From NCBI GenBank assembly GCA_043228905.1, contig JBHGNT010000008.1, forward strand, positions 1 to 64,000: a stretch of DNA of 64,000 nt, given 5' to 3'. Origin of the DNA: Azolla caroliniana. Its lineage: Eukaryota > Plantae > Polypodiophyta. Both the position numbers and the translations under genes were made by a program. Below are positions 9,960-23,869 of this stretch, piece after piece; the first letter of the stretch is position 1; each line of letters begins with the position of its first letter. The notes under the pieces are model-generated. The model worked only from the letters and a program-made list of their open reading frames with translations, did not search any database and had not been told where the DNA came from.

Positions 9960-11820
9960 TCGGATTTTAGTTTTCAAATATGCGAATCGAAGCTAACAAA
10001 GGTACCTATGATATGGAATTAAAAAATCAAGCTTCTACAAAATCAGGTCGAGAGACATGAAGAAATTACCAAATTAGAGGAGGGAGTTGAGAAGAGCGCG
10101 TGAGTAAATTAAAATGTTTATACGTGGCCCATGTGATATCGGATTTTAGTGTTCAAATATGCGAATCGAAGCTAACAAAGGTACCTATGATATGGAATTA
10201 AAAAATCAAGTTTCTGAAAATCAGGTCGAGAGACATGAAGAAATTACCAAATTAGAGGAGGGAGTTGAGAAGAGCGCGTGAGTAAATTAAAATGTTCATA
10301 CCTGGCCCATCTGATATCGGATTTTAGTGTTCAAATATGCGAATCGAAGCTAACAAAGGTACCTATGATATCGAATTAGAAAATCAAGCTTCTGAAAATC
10401 AGGTCGAGAGACATGAAGAAATTACCAAATTAGAGGAGGGAGTTGAGAAGAGCGCGTGAGTAAATTAAAATGTTCATACCTGGCCCATCTGATATTGGAT
10501 TTTAGTGTTCAAATATGCGAATCGAAGCTAACAAAGGTACCTATGATATCGAATTAAAAAATCAAGCTTCTAAAATCAGGTCGAGAGACATGAAGAAATT
10601 ACCAAATTAGAGGAGGGAGTTGAGAAGAGCGCGTGAGTAAATTAAAATGTTTATACGTGGCCCATGTGATATCGGATTTTAGTGTTCAAATATGCGAATC
10701 GAAGCTAACAAAGGTACCTATGATATGGAATTAAAAAATCAAGCTTCTAAAATCAGGTCGAGAGACATGAAGAAATTACCAAATTAGAGGAGGGAGTTGA
10801 GAAGAGCGCGTGAGTAAATTAAAATGTTTATACGTGGCCCATGTGATATCGGATTTTAGTGTTCAAATATGAGAATCAAAGCTAACAAAGGTACCTATGA
10901 TATGGAATTAAAAAATCAAGCTTCTGAAAATCAGGTCGAGAGACATGAAGAAATTACCAAATTAGAGGAGGGAGTTGAGAAGAGCGCGTGAGTAAATTAA
11001 AATGTTCATACCTGGCCCATCTGATATCGGATTTTAGTGTTCAAATATGCGAATCGAAGCTAACAAAGGTACCTATGATATCGAATTAGAAAATCAAGCT
11101 TCTGAAAATCAGGTCGAGAGACATGAAGAAATTACCAAATTAGAGGAGGGAGTTGAGAAGAGCGCGTGAGTAAATTAAAATGTTCATACCTGGCCCATCT
11201 GATATTGGATTTTAGTGTTCAAATATGCGAATCGAAGCTAACAAAGGTACCTATGATATCGAATTAAAAAATCAAGCTTCTAAAATCAGGTCGAGAGACA
11301 TGAAGAAATTACCAAATTAGAGGAGGGAGTTGAGAAGAGCGCGTGAGTAAATTAAAATGTTTATACGTGGCCCATGTGATATCGGATTTTAGTGTTCAAA
11401 TATGCGAATCGAAGCTAACAAAGGTACCTATGATTTGGAATTAAAAAATCAAGCTTCTAAAATCGGGTCGAGAGACATGAAGAAATTACCAAATTAGAGG
11501 AGGGAGTTGAGAAGAGCGCGTGAGTAAATTAAAATGTTCATACCTGGCCCATCTGATATTGGATTTTAGTGTTCAAATATGCGAATCGAAGCTAACAAAG
11601 GTACCTATGATATCGAATTAAAAAATCAAGCTTCTAAAATCAGGTCGAGAGACATCAAGAAATTACCAAATTAGAGGAGGGAGTTGAGAAGAGCGCGTGA
11701 GTAAATTAAAATGTTTATACGTGGCCCATGTGATATCGGATTTTAGTGTTCAAATATGCGAATCGAAGCTAACAAAGGTACCTATGATATGCAATTAAAA
11801 AATCAAGCTTCTAAAAATCA
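9960..11820 (+). repeat. Homogeneous run of HindIII/KpnI-type monomers (AAGCTTCT, GGTACC, GAGCGCGTGAG) with a 710-bp internal duplication
   Basis: About 10 near-identical 177/178-bp monomers; TCGAATTAGAAAATC at 10371 and 11081. A related run lies at about 5050-6300. Confidence 0.85.
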
Positions 11821-11920
11821 GGTCGAGAGATATTAAGAAATTACCAAATCAAGCTATGATATGGAATTCCCAAATCAGGTCGAGAGATATTAAAAAATCA
11901 AGCTATGATATGGAATTCCC

Positions 11921-14900
11921 AAATTAGAGGAGGGAGTAGAGAAGAGCCCGAGAATAAATTAAAATGTTTAGACCTAGCCCATGTGATATCGGATTTTACT
12001 GTTTAAACATGCAAATCGAAGCTAGCAAAGCTAGCTATGATATGGAATTAAAAAATCAAGATTTTCAAACTCAGGTCGAGAGATATTAAGAAATTACCAA
12101 ATTAGAGGAGGGAGTAGAGAGGAGCCCGAGAGTAAATTAAAATGTTCATACCTGGCCCATGTGATATCGGATTTTAGTGTTCAAATATGCGAATCGAAGC
12201 TAACAAAGGTACCTATGATATGGAATTAAAAAATCAAGCTTCTAAAATCAGGTCGAGAGACATGAAGAAATTACCAAATTAGAGGAGGGAGTTGAGAAGA
12301 GCGCGTGAGTAAATTAAAATGTTTATACGTGGCCCATGTGATATCGGATTTTTGTGTTCAAATATGCGAATCGAAGCTAACAAAGGTACCTATGATATGC
12401 AATTAAAAAATCAAGCTTCTAAAAATCAGGTCGAGAGACATGAAGAAATTACCAAATTAGAGGAGGGAGTTGAGAAGAGCGCGTGAGTAAATTAAAATGT
12501 TCATACCTGGCCCATCTGATATCGGATTTTAGTGTTCAAATATGCGAATCGAAGCTAACAAAGGTACCTCTGACAGGAGGGAGTAGAGAGGAGCCCGACA
12601 GTAAATTAAAATGTTCATACCTAGCCCATGTGATATCGGATTTTAGTGTTTAAATATGCGAATGGAAGCTAACAATACGAGCTATGTTATGGAATTAAAA
12701 AATCAAGATTTTGAAACTCAGGTCGAGAGACATGAAGCAATTCCCAAATTAGAGGAGGGAGTAGAGAAGAGGCCGAGAGTAAATTAAAATGTTCATACTT
12801 GGCCCATGTGCTATCGGATTTTAGTGTTCAAATATGAGAATCGAAGCTAACAAAGGTACCTATGATATGGAATTAAAAAATCAAGATTTTGAAACTCAGG
12901 TCGAGAGACATGAAGACATCCCCAAATTAGAGGAGGGAGTAGAGAGGAGCCCGAAAGTAAATTAAAATGTTCATACCTGGCCCATGTCATATCGGATATT
13001 AGTGTTCAAATATGCGAATCGAAGCTAACAAAGGTACCTATGATATGGAATTAAAAAATCAAGATTTTGAAACTCAGGTCGAGAGACATGAAGACATTCC
13101 CAAATTAGAGGAGGGAGTAGAGAGGAGCCCGAGAGTGAATTAAAATGTTCATACCTGGCCCATGTGATATCGGATTTTAGTGTTCAAATATGCGAATCGA
13201 AGCTAACAAAGGTACCTATGATATGGAATTAAAAAATCAAGGTTTTGAAACTCAGGTCGAGAGACATGAAGAAATTACCAAATTAGAGGAGGGAGTTGAG
13301 GAGAGACCGAGAGTAAATTAAAATGTTCATACCTGGCCCACGTCATATCGGATTTTAGTGTACAAACATACAAATCGAAGCTAACAAGGCTAGCTATGAT
13401 ATGTAATTAAAAAATCAAGCTTTTGAAACTCAGGTCGAGAGACATGAAGAAATTACCAAATTAGAGGAGGGAGTAGAGAAGAGGCCGAGAGTAAATTAAA
13501 ATGGTCATACCTGGCCAATGTGATATCGGATTTTAGTGTTCAAATATGAGAATCGAAGATAACAAAGGTACCTATGATATGGAATTAAAAAATCAAGATT
13601 TTGACACTCAGGTCGAGAGACATGAAGAAATTACCCAATTTGAGGAGGGAGTTGAGAAGAGCCCGAGAGTAAATTAAAATGTTCACACCTGGTCCATGTG
13701 ATATCGGATTTTAGTGTTCAAACATACGAATCGAAGCTAACAAGGTTAGCTATGATATGTAATTAAAAAATCAAGGTTTTGAAACTCAGGTCGAGAGACA
13801 TGAACAAATTACCAAATTAGAGGAGGTAGTAGAGAAGAGGCCGAGAGTAAATTAAAATAGTCATACCTGGCCCATGTGATATCCGATTTTAGTGTTCAAA
13901 CATTTGAATTGAAGCTAACAAGGCTAGCTATGATATCGAATTAAAAAATCAAGGTTTTGAAACTCATGTCGAAAGACATGAAGACATTACCAAATTAGAG
14001 GAGGGAGTAGAGAAGAGGCCAAGAGTAAATTAAAATGTTCATACCTGGTCCATGTGATATCGGATTTTAGTGTTCAAATATGGGAATCGAAGCTAACAAT
14101 GCGAGCTATGTTATGGATTTCGAAAATCAAGATTTTGAAACTCAGGTCGAGAGACATGAAGAAATTCCCAAATTAGAGGAGGGAGTAGAGAAGAGGCCAA
14201 GAGTAAATTAAAATGTTCATACCTGGCCCATGTGATATCGGATTTTAGTGTTTAAATATGAGAATCGAAGCTAACAAAGGTACCCATGATATGGAATTAA
14301 AAAATCAAGATTTTGAATCTCAGGTCGAGAGACATGACGAAATTACCCAATTTGAGGAGGGAGTTGAGAAGAGCCCGAGAGTAAATTAAAATGTTCATAC
14401 CTGGCCCACGTGATATCGGATTTTATTGTTCAAACATACGAATCGAAGCTAACAAGGCTAGCTATGATATGTAATTAAAAAAGCAAGGTTTTGAAACTCA
14501 GGTCGAGAGACATGAAGAAATTACCAAATTAGAGGAGGGAGTAGAGAAGAGCCCGAGAATAAATTAAAATGTTTAGACCTAGCCCATGTGATATCGGATT
14601 TTACTGTTTAAACATGCAAATCGAAGCTAGCAAAGCTAGCTATGATATGGAATTAAAAAATCAAGATTTTCAAACTCAGGTCGAGAGATATTAAGAAATT
14701 ACCAAATTAGAGGAGGGAGTAGAGAGGAGCCCGAGAGTAAATTAAAATGTTCATACCTGGCCCATGTGATATCGGATTTTAGTGTTCAAATATGCGAATC
14801 GAAGCTAACAAAGGTACCTATGATATGGAATTAAAAAATCAAGCTTCTAAAATCAGGTCGAGAGACATGAAGAAATTACCAAATTAGAGGAGGGAGTTGA

Positions 14901-17030
14901 GAAGAGCGCGTGAGTAAATTAAAATGTTTATACGTGGCCCATGTGATATCGGATTTTAGTGTTCAAATATGCGAATCGAAGCTAACAAAGGTACCTATGA
15001 TATGCAATTAAAAAATCAAGCTTCTAAAAATCAGGTCGAGAGACATGAAGAAATTACCAAATTAGAGGAGGGAGTTGAGAAGAGCGCGTGAGTAAATTAA
15101 AATGTTCATACCTGGCCCATCTGATATCGGATTTTAGTGTTCAAATATGCGAATCGAAGCTAACAAAGGTACCTCTGACAGGAGGGAGTAGAGAGGAGCC
15201 CGACAGTAAATTAAAATGTTCATACCTAGCCCATGTGATATCGCATTTTAGTGTTTAAATATGCGAATGGAAGCTAACAATACGAGCTATGTTATGGAAT
15301 TAAAAAATCAAGATTTTGAAACTCAGGTCGAGAGACATGAAGCAATTCCCAAATTAGAGGAGGGAGTAGAGAAGAGGCCGAGAGTAAATTAAAATGTTCA
15401 TACTTGGCCCATGTGCTATCGGATTTTAGTGTTCAAATATGAGAATCGAAGCTAACAAAGGTACCTATGATATGGAATTAAAAAATCAAGATTTTGAAAC
15501 TCAGGTCGAGAGACATGAAGACATCCCCAAATTAGAGGAGGGAGTAGAGAGGAGCCCGAAAGTAAATTAAAATGTTCATACCTGGCCCATGTCATATCGG
15601 ATATTAGTGTTCAAATATGCGAATCGAAGCTAACAAAGGTACCTATGATATGGAATTAAAAAATCAAGATTTTGAAACTCAGGTCGAGAGACATGAAGAC
15701 ATTCCCAAATTAGAGGAGGGAGTAGAGAGGAGCCCGAGAGTGAATTAAAATGTTCATACCTGGCCCATGTGATATCGGATTTTAGTGTTCAAATATGCGA
15801 ATCGAAGCTAACAAAGGTACCTATGATATGGAATTAAAAAATCAAGGTTTTGAAACTCAGGTCGAGAGACATGAAGAAATTACCAAATTAGAGGAGGGAG
15901 TTGAGGAGAGACCGAGAGTAAATTAAAATGTTCATACCTGGCCCACGTCATATCGGATTTTAGTGTACAAACATACAAATCGAAGCTAACAAGGCTAGCT
16001 ATGATATGTAATTAAAAAATCAAGGTTTTGAAACTCAGGTCGAGAGACATGAAGAAATTACCAAATTAGACGAGGGACTAGAGAAGAGGCCGAGAGTAAA
16101 TTAAAATGGTCATACCTGGCCAATGTGATATCGGATTTTAGTGTTCAAATATGAGAATCGAAGATAACAAAGGTACCTATGATATGGAATTAAAAAATCA
16201 AGATTTTGACACTCAGGTCGAGAGACATGAAGAAATTACCCAATTTGAGGAGGGAGTTGAGAAGAGCCCGAGAGTAAATTAAAATGTTCACACCTGGTCC
16301 ATGTGATATCGGATTTTAGTGTTCAAACATACGAATCGAAGCTAACAAGGTTAACTATGATATGTAATTAAAAAATCAAGGTTTTGAAACTCAGGTCGAG
16401 AGACATGAACAAATTACCAAATTAGAGGAGGTAGTAGAGAAGAGGCCGAGAGTAAATTAAAATAGTCATACCTGGCCCATGTGATATCCGATTTTAGTGT
16501 TCAAACATTTGAATTGAAGCTAACAAGGCTAGCTATGATATCGAATTAAAAAATCAAGGTTTTGAAACTCATGTCGAAAGACATGAAGACATTACCAAAT
16601 TAGAGGAGGGAGTAGAGAAGAGGCCAAGAGTAAATTAAAATGTTCATACCTGGTCCATGTGATATCGGATTTTAGTGTTCAAATATGGGAATCGAAGCTA
16701 ACAATGCGAGCTATGTTATGGATTTCGAAAATCAAGATTTTGAAACTCAGGTCGAGAGACATGAAGAAATTCCCAAATTAGAGGAGGGAGTAGAGAAGAG
16801 GCCAAGAGTAAATTAAAATGTTCATACCTGGCCCATGTGATATCGGATTTTAGTGTTTAAATATGAGAATCGAAGCTAACAAAGGTACCCATGATATGGA
16901 ATTAAAAAATCAAGATTTTGAATCTCAGGTCGAGAGACATGACGAAATTACCCAATTTGAGGAGGGAGTTGAGAAGAGCCCGAGAGTAAATTAAAATGTT
17001 CATACCTGGCCCACGTGATATCGGATTTTA
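11921..17030 (+). repeat. 15-monomer (2,605-bp) tandem duplication
   Basis: Markers GAGAATAA (11950/14555) and the CTGAC deletion scar (12570/15175) share a 2,605 offset = 15x178 - 64 - 1. Boundaries approximate. Confidence 0.88.
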
Positions 17031-20000
17031 GTGTTCAAACATACGAATCGAAGCTAACAAGGTTAGCTATGATATGTAATTAAAAAATCAAGGTTTTGAA
17101 ACTCAGGTCGAGAGACATGAACAAATTACCAAATTAGAGGAGGTAGTAGAGAAGAGGCCGAGAGTAAATTAAAATAGTCATACCTGGCCCATGTGATATC
17201 CGATTTTAGTGTTCAAACATTTGAATTGAAGCTAACAAGGCTAGCTATGATATCGAATTAAAAAATCAAGGTTTTGAAACTCATGTCGAAAGACATGAAG
17301 ACATTACCAAATTAGAGGAGGGAGTAGAGAAGAGGCCAAGAGTAAATTAAAATGTTCATACCTGGTCCATGTGATATCGGATTTTAGTGTTCAAATATGG
17401 GAATCGAAGCTAACAATGCGAGCTATGTTATGGATTTCGAAAATCAAGATTTTGAAACTCAGGTCGAGAGACATGAAGAAATTCCCAAATTAGAGGAGGG
17501 AGTAGAGAAGAGGCCAAGAGTAAATTAAAATGTTCATACCTGGCCCATGTGATATCGGATTTTAGTGTTTAAATATGAGAATTGAAGCTAACAAAGGTAC
17601 CCATGATATGGAATTAAAAAATCAAGATTTTGAATCTCAGGTCGAGAGACATGACGAAATTACCCAATTTGAGGAGGGAGTTGAGAAGAGCCCGAGAGTA
17701 AATTAAAATGTTCATACCTGGCCCACGTGATATCGGATTTTATTGTTCAAACATACGAATCGAAGCTAACAAGGCTAGCTATGATATGTAATTAAAAAAG
17801 CAAGGTTTTGAAACTCAGGTCGAGAGACATGAAGAAATTACCAAATTAGAGGAGGGAGTAGAGAAGAGGCCGAGAGTAAATTAAAATGGTCATACCTCGC
17901 CCATGTGATATCGGATTTTAGTGTTCAAATATGAGAATCAAAGATAACAAAGGTACCTATGATATGGAATTAAAAAATCAAGATTTTGAAACTCAGGTCG
18001 AGAGACATGAAGAAATTACCCAATTTGAGGAGGGAGTTGAGAAGAGCCCGAGAGTAAATTAAAATGTTCATACATGGTCCATGTGATATCGGATTTTAGT
18101 GTTCAAACATACGAATTGAAGCTAACAAGGCTAGCTATGATATCGAATTAAAAAATCAAGGTTTTGAAACTCAGGTCGAGAGACATGAAGAAATTACTAA
18201 ATTAGAGGAGGGAGTAGAGAAGAGGCCAAGAGTAAATTAAAATGTTCATACCTGGCCCATGTGATATCGGATTTTAGTGTTCAAATATGAGAATCGAAGC
18301 TAATAAAGGTACCCATGATATGGAATTAAAAAATCAAGATTTTGAATCTCACGTCGAGAGACATGAAGAAATTACCATATTTTAGGAGGGAGTTGAGAAG
18401 AGCCCGAGAGTAAATTAAAATGTTCATACCTGGCCCACGTGATATCGGATTTTAGTGTTCAAACATACGAATCGAACCTAACAAGGCTAGCTATGATATG
18501 TAATTAAAAAATCAAGGTTTTGAAACTCAGGTCGAGAGACATGAAGAAATTACCAAATTAGAGGAGGGAGTAGAGAAGAGGCCGAGAGTAAATTAAAATG
18601 GTCATACCTGGCCCATGTGATATCGGATTTTAGTGTTCAAATATGAGAATCGAAGCTAACAAAGGTACCTATGATATGGAATTAGAAAATCAAGATTTTG
18701 AAACTCAGGTCGAGAGACATGCAGAAATTACCCAATTTGAGGAGGGAGTTGAGAAGAGCCCGAGAGTAAATTAAAATGTTCATACCTGGTCCATGTGATA
18801 TCGGATTTTAGTGTTCAAACATACGAATTGAAGCTAACAAGGCTAGCTATGATATCGAATTAAAAAATCAAGGTTTTGAAACTCAGGTCGAGAGACATGA
18901 AGAAATTACCAAATTAGAGGAGGGAGTAGAGAAGAGCCCGAGAGTAAGTTAAAATGTTCATACCTGGCCCACGTGATATCGGATTTTAGTGTTCATACCT
19001 GGCCCACGTGATATCGGATTTTAGTGTTCAAACAATGGGAGCTATGTTATGGATTTCGAAAATGTTCATACTTGGCCCATGTGCTATCGGATTTTAGTGT
19101 TCAAATATGAGAATCGAAGCTAACAAAGGTACCTATGATATGGAATTAAAAAATCAAGATTTTGAAACTCAGGTCGAGAGACATGAAGACATCCCCAAAT
19201 TAGAGGAGGGAGTAGAGAGGAGCCCGAAAGTAAATTAAAATGTTCATACCTGGCCCATGTCATATCGGATATTAGTGTTCAAATATGCGAATCGAAGCTA
19301 ACAAAGGTACCTATGATATGGAATTAAAAAATCAAGATTTTGAAACTCAGGTCGAGAGACATGAAGACATTCCCAAATTAGAGGAGGGAGTAGAGAGGAG
19401 CCCGAGAGTGAATTAAAATGTTCATACCTGGCCCATGTGATATCGGATTTTAGTGTTCAAATATGCGAATCGAAGCTAACAAAGGTACCTATGATATGGA
19501 ATTAAAAAATCAAGGTTTTGAAACTCAGGTCGAGAGACATGAAGAAATTACCAAATTAGAGGAGGGAGTTGAGGAGAGACCGAGAGTAAATTAAAATGTT
19601 CATACCTGGCCCACGTCATATCGGATTTTAGTGTACAAACATACAAATCGAAGCTAACAAGGCTAGCTATGATATGTAATTAAAAAATCAAGGTTTTGAA
19701 ACTCAGGTCGAGAGACATGAAGAAATTACCAAATTAGACGAGGGACTAGAGAAGAGGCCGAGAGTAAATTAAAATGGTCATACCTGGCCAATGTGATATC
19801 GGATTTTAGTGTTCAAATATGAGAATCGAAGATAACAAAGGTACCTATGATATGGAATTAAAAAATCAAGATTTTGACACTCAGGTCGAGAGACATGAAG
19901 AAATTACCCAATTTGAGGAGGGAGTTGAGAAGAGCCCGAGAGTAAATTAAAATGTTCACACCTGGTCCATGTGATATCGGATTTTAGTGTTCAAACATAC

Positions 20001-22731
20001 GAATCGAAGCTAACAAGGTTAGCTATGATATGTAATTAAAAAATCAAGGTTTTGAAACTCAGGTCGAGAGACATGAACAAATTACCAAATTAGAGGAGGT
20101 AGTAGAGAAGAGGCCGAGAGTAAATTAAAATAGTCATACCTGGCCCATGTGATATCCGATTTTAGTGTTCAAACATTTGAATTGAAGCTAACAAGGCTAG
20201 CTATGATATCGAATTAAAAAATCAAGGTTTTGAAACTCATGTCGAAAGACATGAAGACATTACCAAATTAGAGGAGGGAGTAGAGAAGAGGCCAAGAGTA
20301 AATTAAAATGTTCATACCTGGTCCATGTGATATCGGATTTTAGTGTTCAAATATGGGAATCGAAGCTAACAATGCGAGCTATGTTATGGATTTCGAAAAT
20401 CAAGATTTTGAAACTCAGGTCGAGAGACATGAAGAAATTCCCAAATTAGAGGAGGGAGTAGAGAAGAGGCCAAGAGTAAATTAAAATGTTCATACCTGGC
20501 CCATGTGATATCGGATTTTAGTGTTTAAATATGAGAATCGAAGCTAACAAAGGTACCCATGATATGGAATTAAAAAATCAAGATTTTGAATCTCAGGTCG
20601 AGAGACATGACGAAATTACCCAATTTGAGGAGGGAGTTGAGAAGAGCCCGAGAGTAAATTAAAATGTTCATACCTGGCCCACGTGATATCGGATTTTAGT
20701 GTTCAAACATACGAATCGAAGCTAACAAGGTTAGCTATGATATGTAATTAAAAAATCAAGGTTTTGAAACTCAGGTCGAGAGACATGAACAAATTACCAA
20801 ATTAGAGGAGGTAGTAGAGAAGAGGCCGAGAGTAAATTAAAATAGTCATACCTGGCCCATGTGATATCCGATTTTAGTGTTCAAACATTTGAATTGAAGC
20901 TAACAAGGCTAGCTATGATATCGAATTAAAAAATCAAGGTTTTGAAACTCATGTCGAAAGACATGAAGACATTACCAAATTAGAGGAGGGAGTAGAGAAG
21001 AGGCCAAGAGTAAATTAAAATGTTCATACCTGGTCCATGTGATATCGGATTTTAGTGTTCAAATATGGGAATCGAAGCTAACAATGCGAGCTATGTTATG
21101 GATTTCGAAAATCAAGATTTTGAAACTCAGGTCGAGAGACATGAAGAAATTCCCAAATTAGAGGAGGGAGTAGAGAAGAGGCCAAGAGTAAATTAAAATG
21201 TTCATACCTGGCCCATGTGATATCGGATTTTAGTGTTTAAATATGAGAATTGAAGCTAACAAAGGTACCCATGATATGGAATTAAAAAATCAAGATTTTG
21301 AATCTCAGGTCGAGAGACATGACGAAATTACCCAATTTGAGGAGGGAGTTGAGAAGAGCCCGAGAGTAAATTAAAATGTTCATACCTGGCCCACGTGATA
21401 TCGGATTTTATTGTTCAAACATACGAATCGAAGCTAACAAGGCTAGCTATGATATGTAATTAAAAAAGCAAGGTTTTGAAACTCAGGTCGAGAGACATGA
21501 AGAAATTACCAAATTAGAGGAGGGAGTAGAGAAGAGGCCGAGAGTAAATTAAAATGGTCATACCTCGCCCATGTGATATCGGATTTTAGTGTTCAAATAT
21601 GAGAATCAAAGATAACAAAGGTACCTATGATATGGAATTAAAAAATCAAGATTTTGAAACTCAGGTCGAGAGACATGAAGAAATTACCCAATTTGAGGAG
21701 GGAGTTGAGAAGAGCCCGAGAGTAAATTAAAATGTTCATACATGGTCCATGTGATATCGGATTTTAGTGTTCAAACATACGAATTGAAGCTAACAAGGCT
21801 AGCTATGATATCGAATTAAAAAATCAAGGTTTTGAAACTCAGGTCGAGAGACATGAAGAAATTACTAAATTAGAGGAGGGAGTAGAGAAGAGGCCAAGAG
21901 TAAATTAAAATGTTCATACCTGGCCCATGTGATATCGGATTTTAGTGTTCAAATATGAGAATCGAAGCTAATAAAGGTACCCATGATATGGAATTAAAAA
22001 ATCAAGATTTTGAATCTCACGTCGAGAGACATGAAGAAATTACCATATTTTAGGAGGGAGTTGAGAAGAGCCCGAGAGTAAATTAAAATGTTCATACCTG
22101 GCCCACGTGATATCGGATTTTAGTGTTCAAACATACGAATCGAACCTAACAAGGCTAGCTATGATATGTAATTAAAAAATCAAGGTTTTGAAACTCAGGT
22201 CGAGAGACATGAAGAAATTACCAAATTAGAGGAGGGAGTAGAGAAGAGGCCGAGAGTAAATTAAAATGGTCATACCTGGCCCATGTGATATCGGATTTTA
22301 GTGTTCAAATATGAGAATCGAAGCTAACAAAGGTACCTATGATATGGAATTAGAAAATCAAGATTTTGAAACTCAGGTCGAGAGACATGCAGAAATTACC
22401 CAATTTGAGGAGGGAGTTGAGAAGAGCCCGAGAGTAAATTAAAATGTTCATACCTGGTCCATGTGATATCGGATTTTAGTGTTCAAACATACGAATTGAA
22501 GCTAACAAGGCTAGCTATGATATCGAATTAAAAAATCAAGGTTTTGAAACTCAGGTCGAGAGACATGAAGAAATTACCAAATTAGAGGAGGGAGTAGAGA
22601 AGAGCCCGAGAGTAAGTTAAAATGTTCATACCTGGCCCACGTGATATCGGATTTTAGTGTTCATACCTGGCCCACGTGATATCGGATTTTAGTGTTCAAA
22701 CAATGGGAGCTATGTTATGGATTTCGAAAAT
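15391..22731 (+). repeat. 3,668-bp tandem duplication with an out-of-register junction at 19059-19063, containing a nested 712-bp 4-mer duplication
   Basis: CGAGGGACTA at 16071/19739; 35-bp micro-duplication at 18961/22629; junction TTCG-AAAAT-GTTCATACTTGG jumps back to 15391; CATGAACAAATT marker at 16407/17119 (712 apart), repeated in the second copy. Confidence 0.9.
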
Positions 22732-23869
22732 CAAGATTTTGAAACTCAGGTCAAGAGACATGAAGAAATTCCCGAATTAGAGGAGAGAGTAGAGAAGAGG
22801 CCGAGAGTAAATTAAAATGTTCATACCTCGCCCATGTGATATCGGATTTTAGTGTTTAAATATGAGAATCGAAGCTAACAAAGGTACCCATGATATGGAG
22901 TTAAAAAATCAAGATTTTGAATCTCAGGTCGAGAGACATGACGAAATTACCCAATTTGAGGAGGGAGTTGAGAAGAGCCCGAGAGGATATTAAAATATTC
23001 ATACCTGGCCCACGTGATATCGGATTTTAGTGTTCAAACAAACAATTTGAAGCTAACAAGGCTAGCTATGATATGGAATTAAAAAATCAAGCTTTTGAAA
23101 CTCAGGTCGAGAGACATGAAGAAATTACCAAATTAGAGGAGGGAGTAGAGAAGAGGCCGAGAGTAAATTACAATGGTCATACCTGGCCCATGTGATATCG
23201 GATTTTAGTGTTCAAATATGAGAATCGAAGATAACAAAGGTACCTATGATATGGAATTAAAAAATCAAGATTTTGAAACTCAGGTCGAGAGACATGAAGA
23301 AATTACCCAATTTGAGGAGGGAGTTGAGAAGAGCCCGAGAGTAAATTAAAATGTTCATACCTGGTCCATGTGATATCGGATTTTAGTGTTCAAACATACG
23401 AAGTGAAGCTAACAAGGCTAGCTATGATATCGAATTAAAATATCAAGGTTTTGAAACTCAGGTCGAGAGACATGAAGAAATTACCAAATTAGAGGAGGGA
23501 GTAGAGAAGAGGCTGAGAGTAAATTAAAATGTTCATACCTGGCCCATGTGATATCGGATTTTAGTGTTCAAATATGAGAATCGAAGCTAATAAAGGTACC
23601 CATGATATGGAATTAAAAAATCAAGATTTTGAATCTCAGGTCGAGAGACATGAAGAAATTACCATATTTGAGGAGGGAGTTGAGAAGAGCCCGAGAGTAA
23701 ATTAAAATGTTCATACCTGGCCCACGTGATATCGGATTTTAGTGTTCAAACCTACGAATCGAAGCTAACAAGGGTAGCTATGATATATAATTAAAAAATC
23801 AAGGTTTTGAAACTCAGGTCGAGAGACATGAAGAAATTACCAAATTAGAGGAGGGAGTAGAGAAGAGCC

